Source of the DNA: Macrostomum lignano
Taxonomy: Eukaryota
Reading direction: 5' to 3'
DNA: 64,000 nucleotides
NCBI GenBank assembly: GCA_002269645.1
Contig: NIVC01001526.1
Coordinates: forward strand, 62,001 to 126,000
Positions 34,526-47,110 of this stretch are shown here, piece after piece. The stretch's first letter is position 1. Each line of letters begins with the position of its first letter. A program made the translations under genes and the position numbers. The notes beneath the pieces are model-generated. The model was given only the letters and a program-made list of their open reading frames with translations. It had not been told where the DNA came from and made no database searches.

Positions 34526-37500
34526 ATGTCGCTAAGTCCATTGCTACTCTGGCTATTATCAGTCTGTAATTTACTGTACGGCCTGCTCAGGATTTGGTTC
34601 GGTCAATCGGATATTGTCTCTGTAGTGCGGCGCGTTCTAAGCGCCCTAGGCACCACCTGTCTGTTTCTGTACGGACAGTGGCACCATTGGTGGCGCCAGC
34701 AGCCGCCGCACCCGGATCTCCAGGTGGACCAACCGGTGTGGCAGAACCGGCCAGCTCAGTCTGGCGCCTGCGTTGCTACACCTCGATTTGGTTCTAATAA
34801 TAGATTGACTGCTACAAATGCTACTGCTAGTACTAATCAGGTGTTGGCATGGCAACCGGCGCCAGCTGATACGGGCAGCGTCATTGGCAACCTGTGCATG
34901 AGGCTAGTTGGTCGGCAACAGCAGCAGCAACAACATGATCAGCATGAACTGCTGTGGCATCGAGACAGACCAATAGGCTTTGTTAATCTTGGCAGCAGCA
35001 ATTCCTGCTTTATGAATGCCTGCCTGCAAATTCTGTTTAGCAGCGAACGATTCCTCGCCGCTCTCCGTTCGTGCGGACGGAATCGCTCGGCCTCGCCAAG
35101 TCACGAAGCCGTGCTGGACGCTTTGCAAACTCTGGCTGACCGGTGAGGGGCCTTGGTGAAATTTTAGAGTTCGCACCTGTTGCGTTTTGTAGATTTCATG
35201 ATGATGCGATCCCAGATACTGTCTTAGCCTTAGTGATTTAAATTCTAAATTCCTGAAGATCTCGTGTTGTAATCTCCGTGATTCTAATGCTACACCCTGA
35301 GAGATCCCAGCATTACACCCTGAGAGATCCCAGCATTACACCCTGAGAAATCTCAACATTACAACCTGAGAGATCCCAGCATTACACCCTGAGAGATCTC
35401 AACATTACACCCTGAGATATCCTGACATTACACCCTGAGAGATCTCAACATTACACCCTGAGATATCCCGACTTTACACCCTGAGAGATCTCAACATTAC
35501 ACCCTGAGAGATCCCAGCATTACACCCTGAGAGATCTCAACATTACACACTGAGAGATCCCAACATTACACCCTGAGAGATCCCAGCATTACACCCTGAG
35601 AGATCCCAACATTACACTCTGGGAGATCCAGCATGACACCCTTGGAGATCAGCATTACACCCTGAGAGATCTCAACATTACACTCTGGGAGATCCCAGCA
35701 TGACACCCGGAGCTTACAAGAGTAGCCAATTATCTCTCCGCTATATTTTTCACCGCTTGCCCAGGCGGCATCGACTCCAGCAGCAGAGTCGCATCGGCGG
35801 CGGTGGCGGTGGCACGGACAACAACCGCCTGGACCTGCTAGATACTCAACAGCTTCGCCGTTCTCTAGCCCAGATTTGCCCCCTGATTCAGCCGCTGGGC
35901 CTACCACAACAGCAGCAGGACGCGGCGGAGTTCTTTGATCTATTATTAGACGTTCTGTTCGAAGCCAGCAGGAGCGGCAGTAGCGGCAGCGGTTATGGAC
36001 TGTCAGACGCCGCCCTGTGGACGTCGTCGTTAGAGCGGCTAAGTCGAGCCTATCCTGATCTGGATCTGATGCGCTCCGCCGATTCCCGGTTGAGATTGTT
36101 GGACTCCGCTAAGCTGGAGGTTACCTACGCGCATCAGCCGGCTTCCATTCAGGCCGGATTAGAGAATCGAGCCTGCTCAGCTTCCCTGCTCAGACTGGCT
36201 AATCTGCACTGGTTGCACAGGCGCTTAGGCGAATGTCGGAGTCCCTTGGCGGCTCTGATTGAAGGTCAAATGATTGATTTGACGCTGTGCGAATCTTGCC
36301 ATCGATTGAGAGCCGCTTGCAACGAATTGCGCGCTCTGCTGGTGCCGCTGCCGATGGCCACGCAGGTCGGGGGAATAGATGTTGAGGTGAGTACCGGCCT
36401 GGCACTATGAATCTCAGATCATTTGTCCTGAATCTTCAATTCTTTATCCTGAATCTCCAATCATTTGTACTGAATCTTTAATTCTTTATCCTAAATCTCA
36501 AATCATTTGTACTGAATCTCCAATCATTTATCCTAAATCTCAAATCATTTGTACTGAATCTCCAATCATTTGTACTGAATCTCCAATCATTTGTCCTGAA
36601 TCTTCAATGCTTTATCCTAAATCTCCAATCATTTGTACTGAATCTCCAATCATTTATGCTGAATCTCCAATCATTTATCCTGAATCTCCAATCATTTATC
36701 CTGAATCTCCAATCATTTATCCTGAATCTCCAATCCCTTATCCTGAATCTCCAATCATTTATCCTGAATCTCCAATATCATTTATGCTGAATCTCCAATC
36801 ATTTATGCTGAATCTCCAATCATTTATGCTGAATCTCCAATCATTTGTACTGAATCTCCAATCATTTATGCTAAATCTCCAATCATTTGTACTGAATCTC
36901 CAATCATCATTTATGCTAAATCTCCAATCATTTGTACTGAATCTCCAATCATTTATGCTAAATCTCCAATCATTTGTACTGAATCTCCAATCATCATTTA
37001 TGCTAAATCTCCAATCATTTGTACTGAATCTCCAATCATTTATCCTGAATCTCCAATCATTTGTACTGAATCTCAAATCATTTGTACTGAATCTTCAATG
37101 CTTTATCCTAAATCTCAAATCATTTGTACTGAATCTCCAATCATTTGTACTGAATCTCCAATCATTTGTACTGAATCTCCAATCATTTGTCCTGAATCTT
37201 CAATGCTTTATCCTAAATCTCAAATCATTTGTCCTGAATCTTCAATGCTTTATCCTAAATCTCAAATCATTTGTACTGAATCTCCAATCATTTATCCTAA
37301 ATCTCCAATCATTTGTACTGAATCTCCAATCATTTGTCCTGAATCTTCAATGCTTTATCCTAAATCTCAAATCATTTGTCCTGAATCTTCAATGCTTTAT
37401 CCTAAATCTCCAATCATTTGTACTGAATCTCCAATCATTTATGCTGAATCTCCAATCATTTATCCTGAATCTCCAATCATTTATCCTGAATCTCCAAACA

Positions 37501-39360
37501 TGTATCCTGAATCTCCAATTTTTTATTCTGACACTTAGCCCTTTATCCTGAATGTCGAAGCCTTTATCCTTAAATCTCAGATTTGTGTCGCGACTAAACT
37601 TAACCGCTGCCATGAATAATTCTGGGTCTGGATCTCACCTAGAGTAATTATATGCACTTTTGCAGCCCGTAAGCCTGTCCGACTGCCTGTCCCGCTGCGT
37701 TGGCCAATTAGAAAGCCTCGGCGGTCTCAAATGCAATTTCTGCGCCGCGTCAGATGACTCGCCATTGGACGGTAGACACGGCTATCGCCAGGTGCACCCG
37801 TCGCAGCAGCACCATCTACAGCGTCGGATGACGTCCACGCCGGTGGCTGCCGGCGGTTTGCTCAGCCCCTTCCACCCGGCCACGCCAATACAGCGCGGCC
37901 AGCTGTATCAGAAATGTCAGCTGTTTGGCCGCCTGCCACGGCTGCTCACGCTGCAGCTGATGCGGTCTGTCCCTGCTGGCGGCGGCAACTCGCATTTGAG
38001 CTTGGCTAAGAATGAGCGCCAGGTCTGTGCCTTGAGGGATCTGTGGTGGCAACCTACTGAAGGATCTGTGGGGAGGGGGTGGCAACCTACTGAAGGATCT
38101 GTGAGGAGTGGGTGGCAACCTACTGAAGGATCTGTGGGGAGGGGGTGGCAACCTACTGAAGGATCTGTGAGGAGTGGGTGGCAACCTACTGAAGGATCTG
38201 TGAGGAGGGGGTGGCAACCTACTGAAGGATCTGTGAGGAGGGGGTGGCAACCTACTGAAGGATCTGTGAGGAGGGGGTGGCAACCTACTGAAGGATCTGT
38301 GGGGAGGGGTGGCAACCTACTGAAGGATCTGTGGGGAGGGGTGGCAACCTACTGAAGGATCTGTGAGGAGGGGGTGGCAACCTACTGAAGGATCTGTGAG
38401 GAGGGGGTGGCAACCTACTGAAGGATCTGTGAGGAGGGGGTGGCAACCTACTGAAGGATCTGTAGGGAGGGGTGGCAACCTACTGAAGGATCTGTAGGGA
38501 GGGGTGGCAACCTACTGAAGGATCTGTAGGGAGGGGTAGCAACCTACTGAAGGATCTGTGGGGAGGGGTAGCAACCTACTGAAGGATCTGTGAGGAGGGG
38601 GTGGCAACCTACTGAAGGATCTGTGAGGAGGGGGTGGCAACCTACTGAAGGATCTGTAGGGAGGGGTGGCAACCTACTGAAGGATCTGTAGGGAGGGGTG
38701 GCAACCTACTGAAGGATCTGTAGGGAGGGGTGGCAACCTACTGAAGGATCTGTAGGGAGGGGTAGCAACCTACTGAAGGATCTGTGGGGAGGGGTAGCAA
38801 CCTACTGAAGGATCTGTGGGGAGGGTGGCAACCTACTGAAGGATCTGTAGGGGGGGTGGCAACCTACTGAAGGATCTGTGAGGTGGCAACCTACTGAAGG
38901 ATCTGTGGGGAGGGTGGCAACCTACTGAAGGATCTGTGAGGTGGCAACCTTCTAAAGGATTTGATGTAACTGATGATATACAATCCAGCACATTCCTATG
39001 TGGCATACCTATGGTCCTATCAGCTGCATATAAACTAATTTAATATTCGACCTCTGCCATCAGGTGAGAATTCCAATCCGTCTCGACTGCTCAATGCTAC
39101 TGCTAAGCGAGCATTCCGCAGCGGACGATGACGCAGGTGCTGGCAGTTCCACAGGCCATCTGTACAGACTGATCGGTGTGCTGCTTCACCACGGCAGTGG
39201 CAGCGCAACAAGCGGGCACTACACGGCCCTGTGCCGCTGCAGCGACCGCTGGTATCACTGCGACGATCAAAGCGTGACCGATTGCGACAATATTGAACGA
39301 ATATTAGCTAGCCCAACTGTAGCCTCAACTGCCTACTTGATTATTTACGAGCTTGAGTAG
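34526..39360 (+). CDS. Ubiquitin-specific protease (peptidase C19) with hydrophobic N-terminus, USP30-like architecture, 4 exons
   Basis: Exons 34526-35142, 35765-36386, 37666-38022, 39064-39360, in phase. Cys box GFVNLGSSNSCFMNACLQ, QQDAAEF, CESC/CNFC zinc pairs, KNERQ|VRIPIRLD, His box HHG..SGHY, WYHCDD. Confidence 0.88.
35285..35705. repeat. 23-bp minisatellite, USP intron 1
   Basis: Unit attacaccctgagagatcccagc. Confidence 0.95.
36408..37565. repeat. 21-bp minisatellite, USP intron 2
   Basis: Unit tgaatctccaatcatttatcc. Confidence 0.95.
38036..38955. repeat. 33-bp minisatellite, USP intron 3
   Basis: Unit ggcaacctactgaaggatctgtgaggagggggt. Confidence 0.95.
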
Positions 39361-39554
39361 TGTGGTTTGAGTAAGCTTGTCGAAAGTCTGCGTCTATGCA
39401 TTCTGAGCAGAATGGTCTGTTAAAACTAATTAGCATATCTAAAAACCCATTTACTAATAACTATCTAAGTTCCTTAAAAATACCTTGCCTTAAGTGCAGT
39501 ATTCTTGTCTGAGAATATTTACCTGAAGACCGTCATTGCTTGTGGATCGCTCCC

Positions 39555-40165
39555 AAGTACATTATTTCTTCATGATAATTATCCCCTAAGTACATAATTC
39601 CTACATGACAACTGCCCCCTCCCCAAGTACATTATCCCTATATGAGAACTACCCCAAAGTACATTATCCCTATATGAGAACTACCCCAGAGTACATTATC
39701 CCTATATGAGAACTACCCCAAAGTACATTATCCCTAGATGAGAACTACCCCAGAGTACATTATCCCTATATGAGAACTACCCCAGAGTACATTATCCCTA
39801 TATGAGAACTACCCCAAAGTACATTATCCCTACATGAGAACTACCCCAGAGTACATTATCCCTGTATGATAACTACCCCAAGGTACATTATCCCTATATG
39901 AGAACTACCCCAGAGTACATTATCCCTATATGAGAACTACCCCAAAGTACATTATCCCTATATGAGAACTACCCCAAAGTACATTATCCCTATATGAGAA
40001 CTACCCCAAAGTACATTATCCCTATATGAGAACTACCCCCAAGTATATTATTCCTCCATGAGTACTACCCCCAAATACATTACCCCTACATGAGAACCCC
40101 CAAGTACATTATTCCTACATGAGAAATACCCCCAAATACATTATCCCTACATGAGAACTACCCCC
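39555..40165. repeat. 32-bp minisatellite downstream of the USP gene
   Basis: gtacattatccctatatgagaactacccc recurs at 39627, 39659, 39691 and onward. Confidence 0.95.
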
Positions 40166-40759
40166 TCAAGCACATCTTTCTACAAAATCGTATCCAATGA
40201 CCTTATTAAAGACCATAATTCGCGAAGCTTAAGTCAACCCTCTGACTCACTTTCAATAACTTTCGTTTTTTGAAAAGAAAAAAAATACATTGCTATGTAC
40301 TTGAGCCTGTGTGTTTTAGTTTGGTGCTTCGTCTGCGTAATTTCTGTCACATTTATGTAGCTTAACATACATGTACGTAACTGTTAAACATGCAAGCGTA
40401 ACATTATTTGCTTTGTTATTTTGTGAATGCTTCATGTTGTAAATCGATGGTAAGCCAGCATTATTATTGTTATTTTTATTATTTCTTAAATTCTGCATGA
40501 AAATCTATTGCGAGTGGTGTTGTTACTCTGTTTACTGCAAAAGACAGAATGTCCAAAATGGGCTGTTAATTTTAGCCACAACTGCTTGAATAGCTGGTCT
40601 GTTTAAATGGTAAAACTGCAAAGCAATTGGACATTCTGAGCAAAACTTATGGCAGATCGAAACCACCTTTGATATCACACACTTCAAAGGATGTTTTTAT
40701 ATTGGACGATGCATTTGCGTCATATTCACAGCTGTGGCGTTCAAGATTTGGCTCAAATT

Positions 40760-41040
40760 GTTGTTGTTGTTAAATAGGGTGGAAGCCGGGAGCTACCCGC
40801 GCGCGGATCAGTCCTGGGAGGGGCTCTGCCGCTGAGGGGCACTTCCAGGGGCATATAGCCCGAGATACCCCAAGATTGGACCCTGACGTCTGGGCCAGGG
40901 GGAGCTGCCAACCCAAGCCTTATGGACTAAGACACCGCCAACCCAAAAGTGGAATTAGGGACGGTGCTAGGACCGAGTCCACCCAAGCCACCACCCAGCG
41001 GACAAATCCCGGGAGTGCGCGAAAAAAGAATTGGAAAAAT
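40760..41040 (-). mobile_element. Probable retroposon 3' end with (AAC)n tail
   Basis: GC-rich island in AT-rich DNA ending in ttgttgttgtt on the plus strand. Confidence 0.35.
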
Positions 41041-42884
41041 GTTTGGGTCACTACACAGATACTAGAATAACTAAATGGGCCACTCTGCAAATTTGCATGT
41101 AAGCTACTTTCTGTTCAGTAGTAAGTCAAACCGAAGCATTTTAATTCATTTTTAAAGCCACGGCTCATTTATTAGCTCTTACCCCCCTCGCTTAAACCCT
41201 TCAACCGCGCCTTTCCACACTACCCCCTGCCCCGCCCCAATTTTTATTGCCTTTCTCGGAATTCCAGCCTAAAGCGGCCATGTACATTTCAGTGGACTGG
41301 CCAATGTACATTATTGCTAAACCAATTAGCAAGCCGTTTACGCCTGCAAGCTTTGGGCTTCTAAACCTATCAGTCGTTTCAGCCGCCTTTATTTTATAAA
41401 ATAGCTATAGTATTCTTCTTTGCTACTGAACTGAAAGTAGAAAGCAGTTTTACTAAGTACCTATGCCTGAGTGGCCCATCTAGTTATTTTAGTATCTGTT
41501 ATTATTTTAGTATTTTAGTATCTGTGGGTCACTACTGAAAAGCGGTCCGAGAGCGGGGAGACCCGAAGTTTACGGAAATCAATGGCTTAATTTTGGAGTG
41601 AGTCTGGAAGGCTTGTTTCCGAGGGCAAGTCTCCTATCAGGCCACCAGAAAACCTATAGGGCTGCAAGCCCAAGGGTATCGCCTATCTAGCTCTATATTG
41701 GAGGCCAGGCCAAGGGGTCGGGAAGGCACATGGAGCAAGAGGACCCGGACTCAGCCGGTATCCCCGATTCGGGACGAACATCAACCCCAGGACTCCATCC
41801 ACTGTCAGGATGAGAGCCAAGACGCAATGGCAGGGAGACAACCAGAGGAGCCAGCAGATGGACCGGGCAGCGAGGGCAGAGCTCATAACTCCAGAATTTT
41901 GGAGCGGCATTCAAAGGCCTTACATTAATAAAAGCACAAAGATAGGATAAAACACTAAGAATAATTTGGCTCAAATTACAGCTCATTTTTGGACATTCTG
42001 ATGGTTTACAGTAAATTTGTGCAACATCCATCGTACTTGGCATTTTTGTTGCTAAATTGAAACGGAAACTTTGTCAGCAGTAGTAGCACTAATCAGTGTT
42101 GCTTGCTTTTTTGCATTTTTTAGTTAATCGCTAATGATGTAGTAATATTTTTATTGCGGGTTTAGTTTTGCCTAGACAATAAATATGACGCCAGGCCGAA
42201 AGTTATGGCAGCTATATGTAACTTTTTTTAGACTGGCAAATCAATATTTATTAATAATAATAATAACTTCATTTATTTTTCTATGCCAAGCTGTAGAATA
42301 TAATGAATTATTTAATATTTTATTTAGCTTGTTTAACTTTCTCTTCTGGATGCTGCTTTTCATATTTTATTCGTCCTGACGTTTGTTTTGGATGTCAATT
42401 GCTAAAATAAATGCTCGATATGGGACTTGGCGAGTCAACATTTTGAAAAAAAGCCCAATATTTAAATTTGACAAACTTGTAAACTTAACTTCATATACCG
42501 CAGCTATCTGCATATTGACTTTATACTCGTAGTTACTAAAAAAATTTCATATCTTCCTGATGGCTTCTAAACGCTTTTTTCAAATAAGTTTGATGCAGCA
42601 AGTCCTTTTATTGTCAGCAACGGCGGACGCGTGTTCAGTCCCGTGATTTCAGTTCCCAAGAATGCGTTCTACGAATTTGTGGAATGTTAAACCGTTTCTC
42701 CATGGACATATTAGACTTGGGTTATTTGGATATTTTATTGCGTACATACTACTACAATTAAGTAGCACGATTTGAGATTTCAAGTGAGTTCACGCTGTAT
42801 AAGTACGTTAAATTTTTGGATTAGCCTAATTACTTTTTATCGGTCGTTAGTTTAAGCCTTTTTATTTGCATGAACTCACACATT

Positions 42885-43390
42885 TCCAGATCCTCATGCA
42901 GTTACTGAGTCAGCCTTTCAAAGCCTCAGCTACTGAGTCAGCCTCCCAGATAAGTTGCTGGGCCAGTCTCCCAGATCCTCAGTTGCTGAGCCACCAGCCT
43001 CCCAGATCCTCAGTTGTTGGGCCAGCCTCCCAGATCCTCAGTTGCTGGGCCAGCCTCCCAGATCCTCAGTTGCTGGGCCAGCCTCCCAGATCCTCAGTTG
43101 CTGGGCCAGCCTCCCAGATCATCAGTCTGAGTCAGCCTCCCAGATCCTCAGTTGCTGGGCTGCCAGCTTTCCAGATCCTCAGTTGCTGGGCCAGCCTCCC
43201 AGATCCTCAGTTGCTGGGCCAGCCTCCCAGATCTTCAGTTGCTGGGCCAGCCTCCCAGATCCTCAGTCTGAGTCAGCCTCCCAGATCCTCAGTTGCTGGG
43301 CCAGCCTCCCAGATCTTCAGTTGCTGGGCCAGCCTCCCAGATCCTCAGTCTGAGTCAGCCTCCCAGATCCTCAGTTGCGGGGCCAGTGCC
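42885..43390. repeat. 28-bp minisatellite, array 1 of 3
   Basis: Unit cagatcctcagttgctgggccagcctcc. Confidence 0.95.
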
Positions 43391-44284
43391 AGGGCCATCC
43401 TCTCGGGTCTTTATTTACACTGACTTTATTGCAATATTTTGTTCTATCTGAATTTTTAATAACAGCCCGACAATCCATATCAGATATGATCATATGGAAA
43501 GGAATGTATGTAAATTTTATTTTGTCGAAGAAAACTTTGAATTACTTTAGATTTGAGCCAAGTTTCACGAGAAGCCCTCAATATAGCCGTCAAAGCTGGT
43601 ATCGGTAAATAAAATATGCTAATTTTATGCTAATTTCATTTCTAAATATTGCCCCGTATGCCGCTCTCAGCAGTGCAACTTCCTGTGGCACCTTAATTCC
43701 TTCTGCTTTAATTTGACACTTGGCAAGCCTACCTGGTTGAGATATGGCCGTATTTTACAGCAAATACTCCACACAGAATATTCATTTCCTTTTTAGTCGA
43801 AATTCCGCATTGGGTATATTATGTGCTACGCTAAAAAATGGATGACGAATCGCTGGAGAGTTTGCGCTGACATTTCCTTTCTTTCTCGTCGATAAGTGTT
43901 TATTAGTCACGCCTAGGGCTGTTCGGGCGCGTCCTCAATATGAAGCTGCAATTAGCCTTCAACGAGAGGTGTCGCCCATCTTTCAGGCGTTGGTTGAGAA
44001 CCTCTGTCAGGTGTCAACAGTAAATTGGAATAGTTTTGGAGGTTCTTGATGCGAGCTGGTTTTCCACAAGTAGGTTGCTTGTGAGTAACTGCGCATTAGG
44101 CCTTGGCAGTTCTCTAACAGTGACGACAGGCCTGTGCTGGTAAAGGCAAAGGCATCGGGCTAAGGCAAAAATAAGCAGAACTTTGCCGCTTGTTCCACGC
44201 ACCTTGCTGCTGTTGCAGACCCTCACTGAGGATACTAGCTTTTTATATAGCTGGTCTGATAGTTTCTATCCTGACTATATGATC

Positions 44285-44905
44285 CTTATTACCCTGAGTC
44301 TCTGATCCCTATCATCCCGAATCTCTGATCCCTATCACCCCGAATCTCTGATCCCTATCATCCCGAATCTCTGATCCCTATCACCCTGAATCTCTGATCC
44401 CTATCATCCCAAATCTCTGATCCCTATCACCCTGAATCTCTGATCCATATCATCCCGAATCTCTGATCCCTATCACCCTGAATCTCTGATCCCTATCATC
44501 CCGAATCTCTGATCCCTATCACCCTGAATCTCTGATCCCTATCATCCCGAATCTCTGATCCCTATCACCCTGAATCTCTGATCCCTATCACCCTGAATCT
44601 CTTATCCATATCATCCCGAATCTCTGATCCCTATCACCCTGAATCTCTGATCCCTATCATCCCGAATCTCTGATCCCTATCATCCCGAATCTCGGATCCC
44701 TATCACCCTGAATCTCTGATCCCTATCACCCTGAATCTCTGATCCCTATCACCCTGAATCTCTGATCCCTATCACCCTGAATCTCTGATCCCTATCACCC
44801 TGAATCTCTGATCCCTATCACCCTGAATCTCTGATCCCTATCACCATGAATTTCTGATCCCTATCACCCTGAATCTCTGATCCCTATCACCCTGAATCCC
44901 TATCA
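44285..44905. repeat. 23-bp minisatellite
   Basis: Unit ctgaatctctgatccctatcacc. Confidence 0.95.
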
Positions 44906-45504
44906 TCCTATGTCATGTTCTTACTAAATACTACATTGTACATGTCCAAGATGTACATGGAGAGCAGGCACCATTTATGTGTACTCAGCAAATACTGGCT
45001 TGAAGAGTGACCCGTTTATCGGCTCTGGAAAAGCAAATCTCTCTCCCCAAGGCTTGGCTGGGCTTCAACCTTGAGTTATACTGCTATCGTGTTCCTTGCT
45101 CAAACGGCATTGGTTATAGCTTTGCTTAAGTCTTAGCTGAGAGTCGAATTAAGATTTCGGATGAGGCTTCTTTGAAGAGCAAAGTTTCCTGGGGAACCAA
45201 GCCGTATGCTCATTTGAGGCCGCGGAGAGACGTTTTTGCTCTGGTCTGCGATTCTTGCGCCCATATTGCAAATTATAGTTGCCAAGAGGGCCATAAGGGG
45301 AGAGAGAAGTATAACTGTATGGATTAAGACGCTGTATCCTCACTGTACCAAAGAAAACATTCATTTGATATGCTGGTGCAGTACTTGTTTCTACAATCTC
45401 AAAATATTATTATACATTTTACTGCCATATTTAAAGTATATATTCTAAATTAATATATATTTTTGCATCACTTCTGTACGTTTTCTTAAGTACGAGGTAG
45501 TTAC

Positions 45505-45905
45505 CTGAGCCAACCTCACCCTCCCATATCCTCAGTTGCTGGGCCAGCCTCCCAGATCCTCAGTTGCTGGGCCAGCCTCCCAGATCCTCAGTTGCTGGGC
45601 CAGCCTCCCAGATCCTCAGTTGCTGGGCCAGCCTCCCAGAGTGTCAGTTGCTGGGCCAGCCTCCCAGATCCTCAGTTGCTGGGCCAGCCTCCCAGAGTGT
45701 CAGTTGCTGGGCCAGCCTCCCAGATCCTCAGTTGCTGGGCCAGCCTCCCAGAGTGTCAGTTGCTGGGCCAACCTCCCAGAGTGCCAGTTGCTGGACCAGC
45801 CTTCCAGATCCTCAGTTGCTGGGCCAGCCTCACAGATCCTCAGTTGCTGGGCCAGCCTCACAGATCCTCAGTTGCTGGGCCAGCCTCACAGATCCTCATT
45901 TGCTG
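45505..45905. repeat. 28-bp minisatellite, array 2 of 3
   Basis: Same unit as 42885-43390, with an agagtgtcag variant. Confidence 0.95.
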
Positions 45906-46804
45906 GAGCAACGCCACTTTTCTATTCAATATATCTTAGAAAGCGTTGTTCCAGAGGAATTCCTTAAAGTAAAGCTTAGACCATGTTATCTCGGTCGTAT
46001 GATTCATCAGGTATTAGAAGTTATATCTCTCCTAGTCGCCATCCGCTAAGATTGTTGCTAAGACCTTGGCACGGCATCAAATCCGATATGACCGCCTGTT
46101 CCGCATCTGATGCCACAGCTGGAGAGAGAAGAGTTAGAATTACAAGCGCGCAGCTTGTTTGAGTTCGTGTTTGACCTAAAAATTGGAATTTGAGCGCAGC
46201 AGATTAACTCAGAGCTGGCCTGCAGCGGCTGTAGGTAGAGGGAGGAGATTCAGTAAGGCCTACGTGAAAATTCGCTTCATGTTCAAGGTTCAAGGCTGAG
46301 GCGAGCTAGGTGGGGGGGGGAGGGTAAAGCTTATCTGCATTTTATGCACGTTAAGCAATCAAAGACTGCTCCATCCTTGCAAATTTTAGTTCCAACGTCT
46401 CAATACCATAGGCTGTTTGCAAACAGGCCCTTAGGCTTGATTTTAGCTCAGTCTTCAGTGTGAGAGTGAGCAAATTCACAAATTCACACATTGGCTCCAT
46501 GCAAAGTAAGGCGATTTCTTAAAATCTTAAAAGGTATTTCTTAAAAAAAGTCGATGAAGTGTGATCGCTTGAGGGTAGGGCAATCCTGAGGCATGCGAGG
46601 AAGCAGCTCCCCTTGAGGCGATCACTATGTGATACACTTGTAAGTGTCATTTTTTTACACATTACTTTTGTCACTTGACAATACCATGAGTTTTTCTAAC
46701 CTGTACCTTGTAATCCACCTGCTAGTCTTATGCGTTTAAGCTGTTATGAGAATTTTGACGTTTTTATGTGTTTATCCTGATTAAGTGGCTTAAAGAACCG
46801 TAAC

Positions 46805-47110
46805 CCTCCCAGGTCCTCAGTTGCTGGACCAGCCTCCCAGAATGTCAGTTGCTGGGCCGGCCTCCCAGATCCTCAACTGCTGGGCCAGCCTCCCAGATCC
46901 TCAGCTGCTGGGCCAGCCTCCCAGATTGTCAGTTGCTAGGCCGGCTTCCCAGATCCTCAGTTGCTGGGCCAGCCTCCCAGAATGTCAGTTGCTAGGCCGG
47001 CCTCCCAGATCCTCAGCTGCTGGGCCAGCCTCCCAGAGTGTCAGTTCCTGGGCCAGCCTCTCGGATCCTCAGCATTTGGGCCAGCCTTCCAGATCTTTAG
47101 TTGCTGGGTG
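46805..47110. repeat. 28-bp minisatellite, array 3 of 3 (more diverged)
   Basis: Same unit and orientation. Confidence 0.9.

Noticed and set aside
36607-38355. Repeat-containing extensions of USP ORFs (LNLQSF.., WQPTEGSV..)
   Set aside because: Splicing at 36386/37666 and 38022/39064 removes them and restores the USP motifs.
41615-41642. Hammerhead ribozyme on the minus strand (ctgatag..gag..ctc..gaaac)
   Set aside because: The core reads CUGAUAG rather than CUGANGA, and stems I and III could not be built.
46068-46100. Septin-like GHIGFDAVP peptide on the minus strand
   Set aside because: No downstream septin P-loop exon found in any frame I checked.
46558-46627. Pre-miRNA-like hairpin gtgatcgc..gcgatcac
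   Set aside because: Only about 14 bp pair, with several mismatches; unsupported without small-RNA data.
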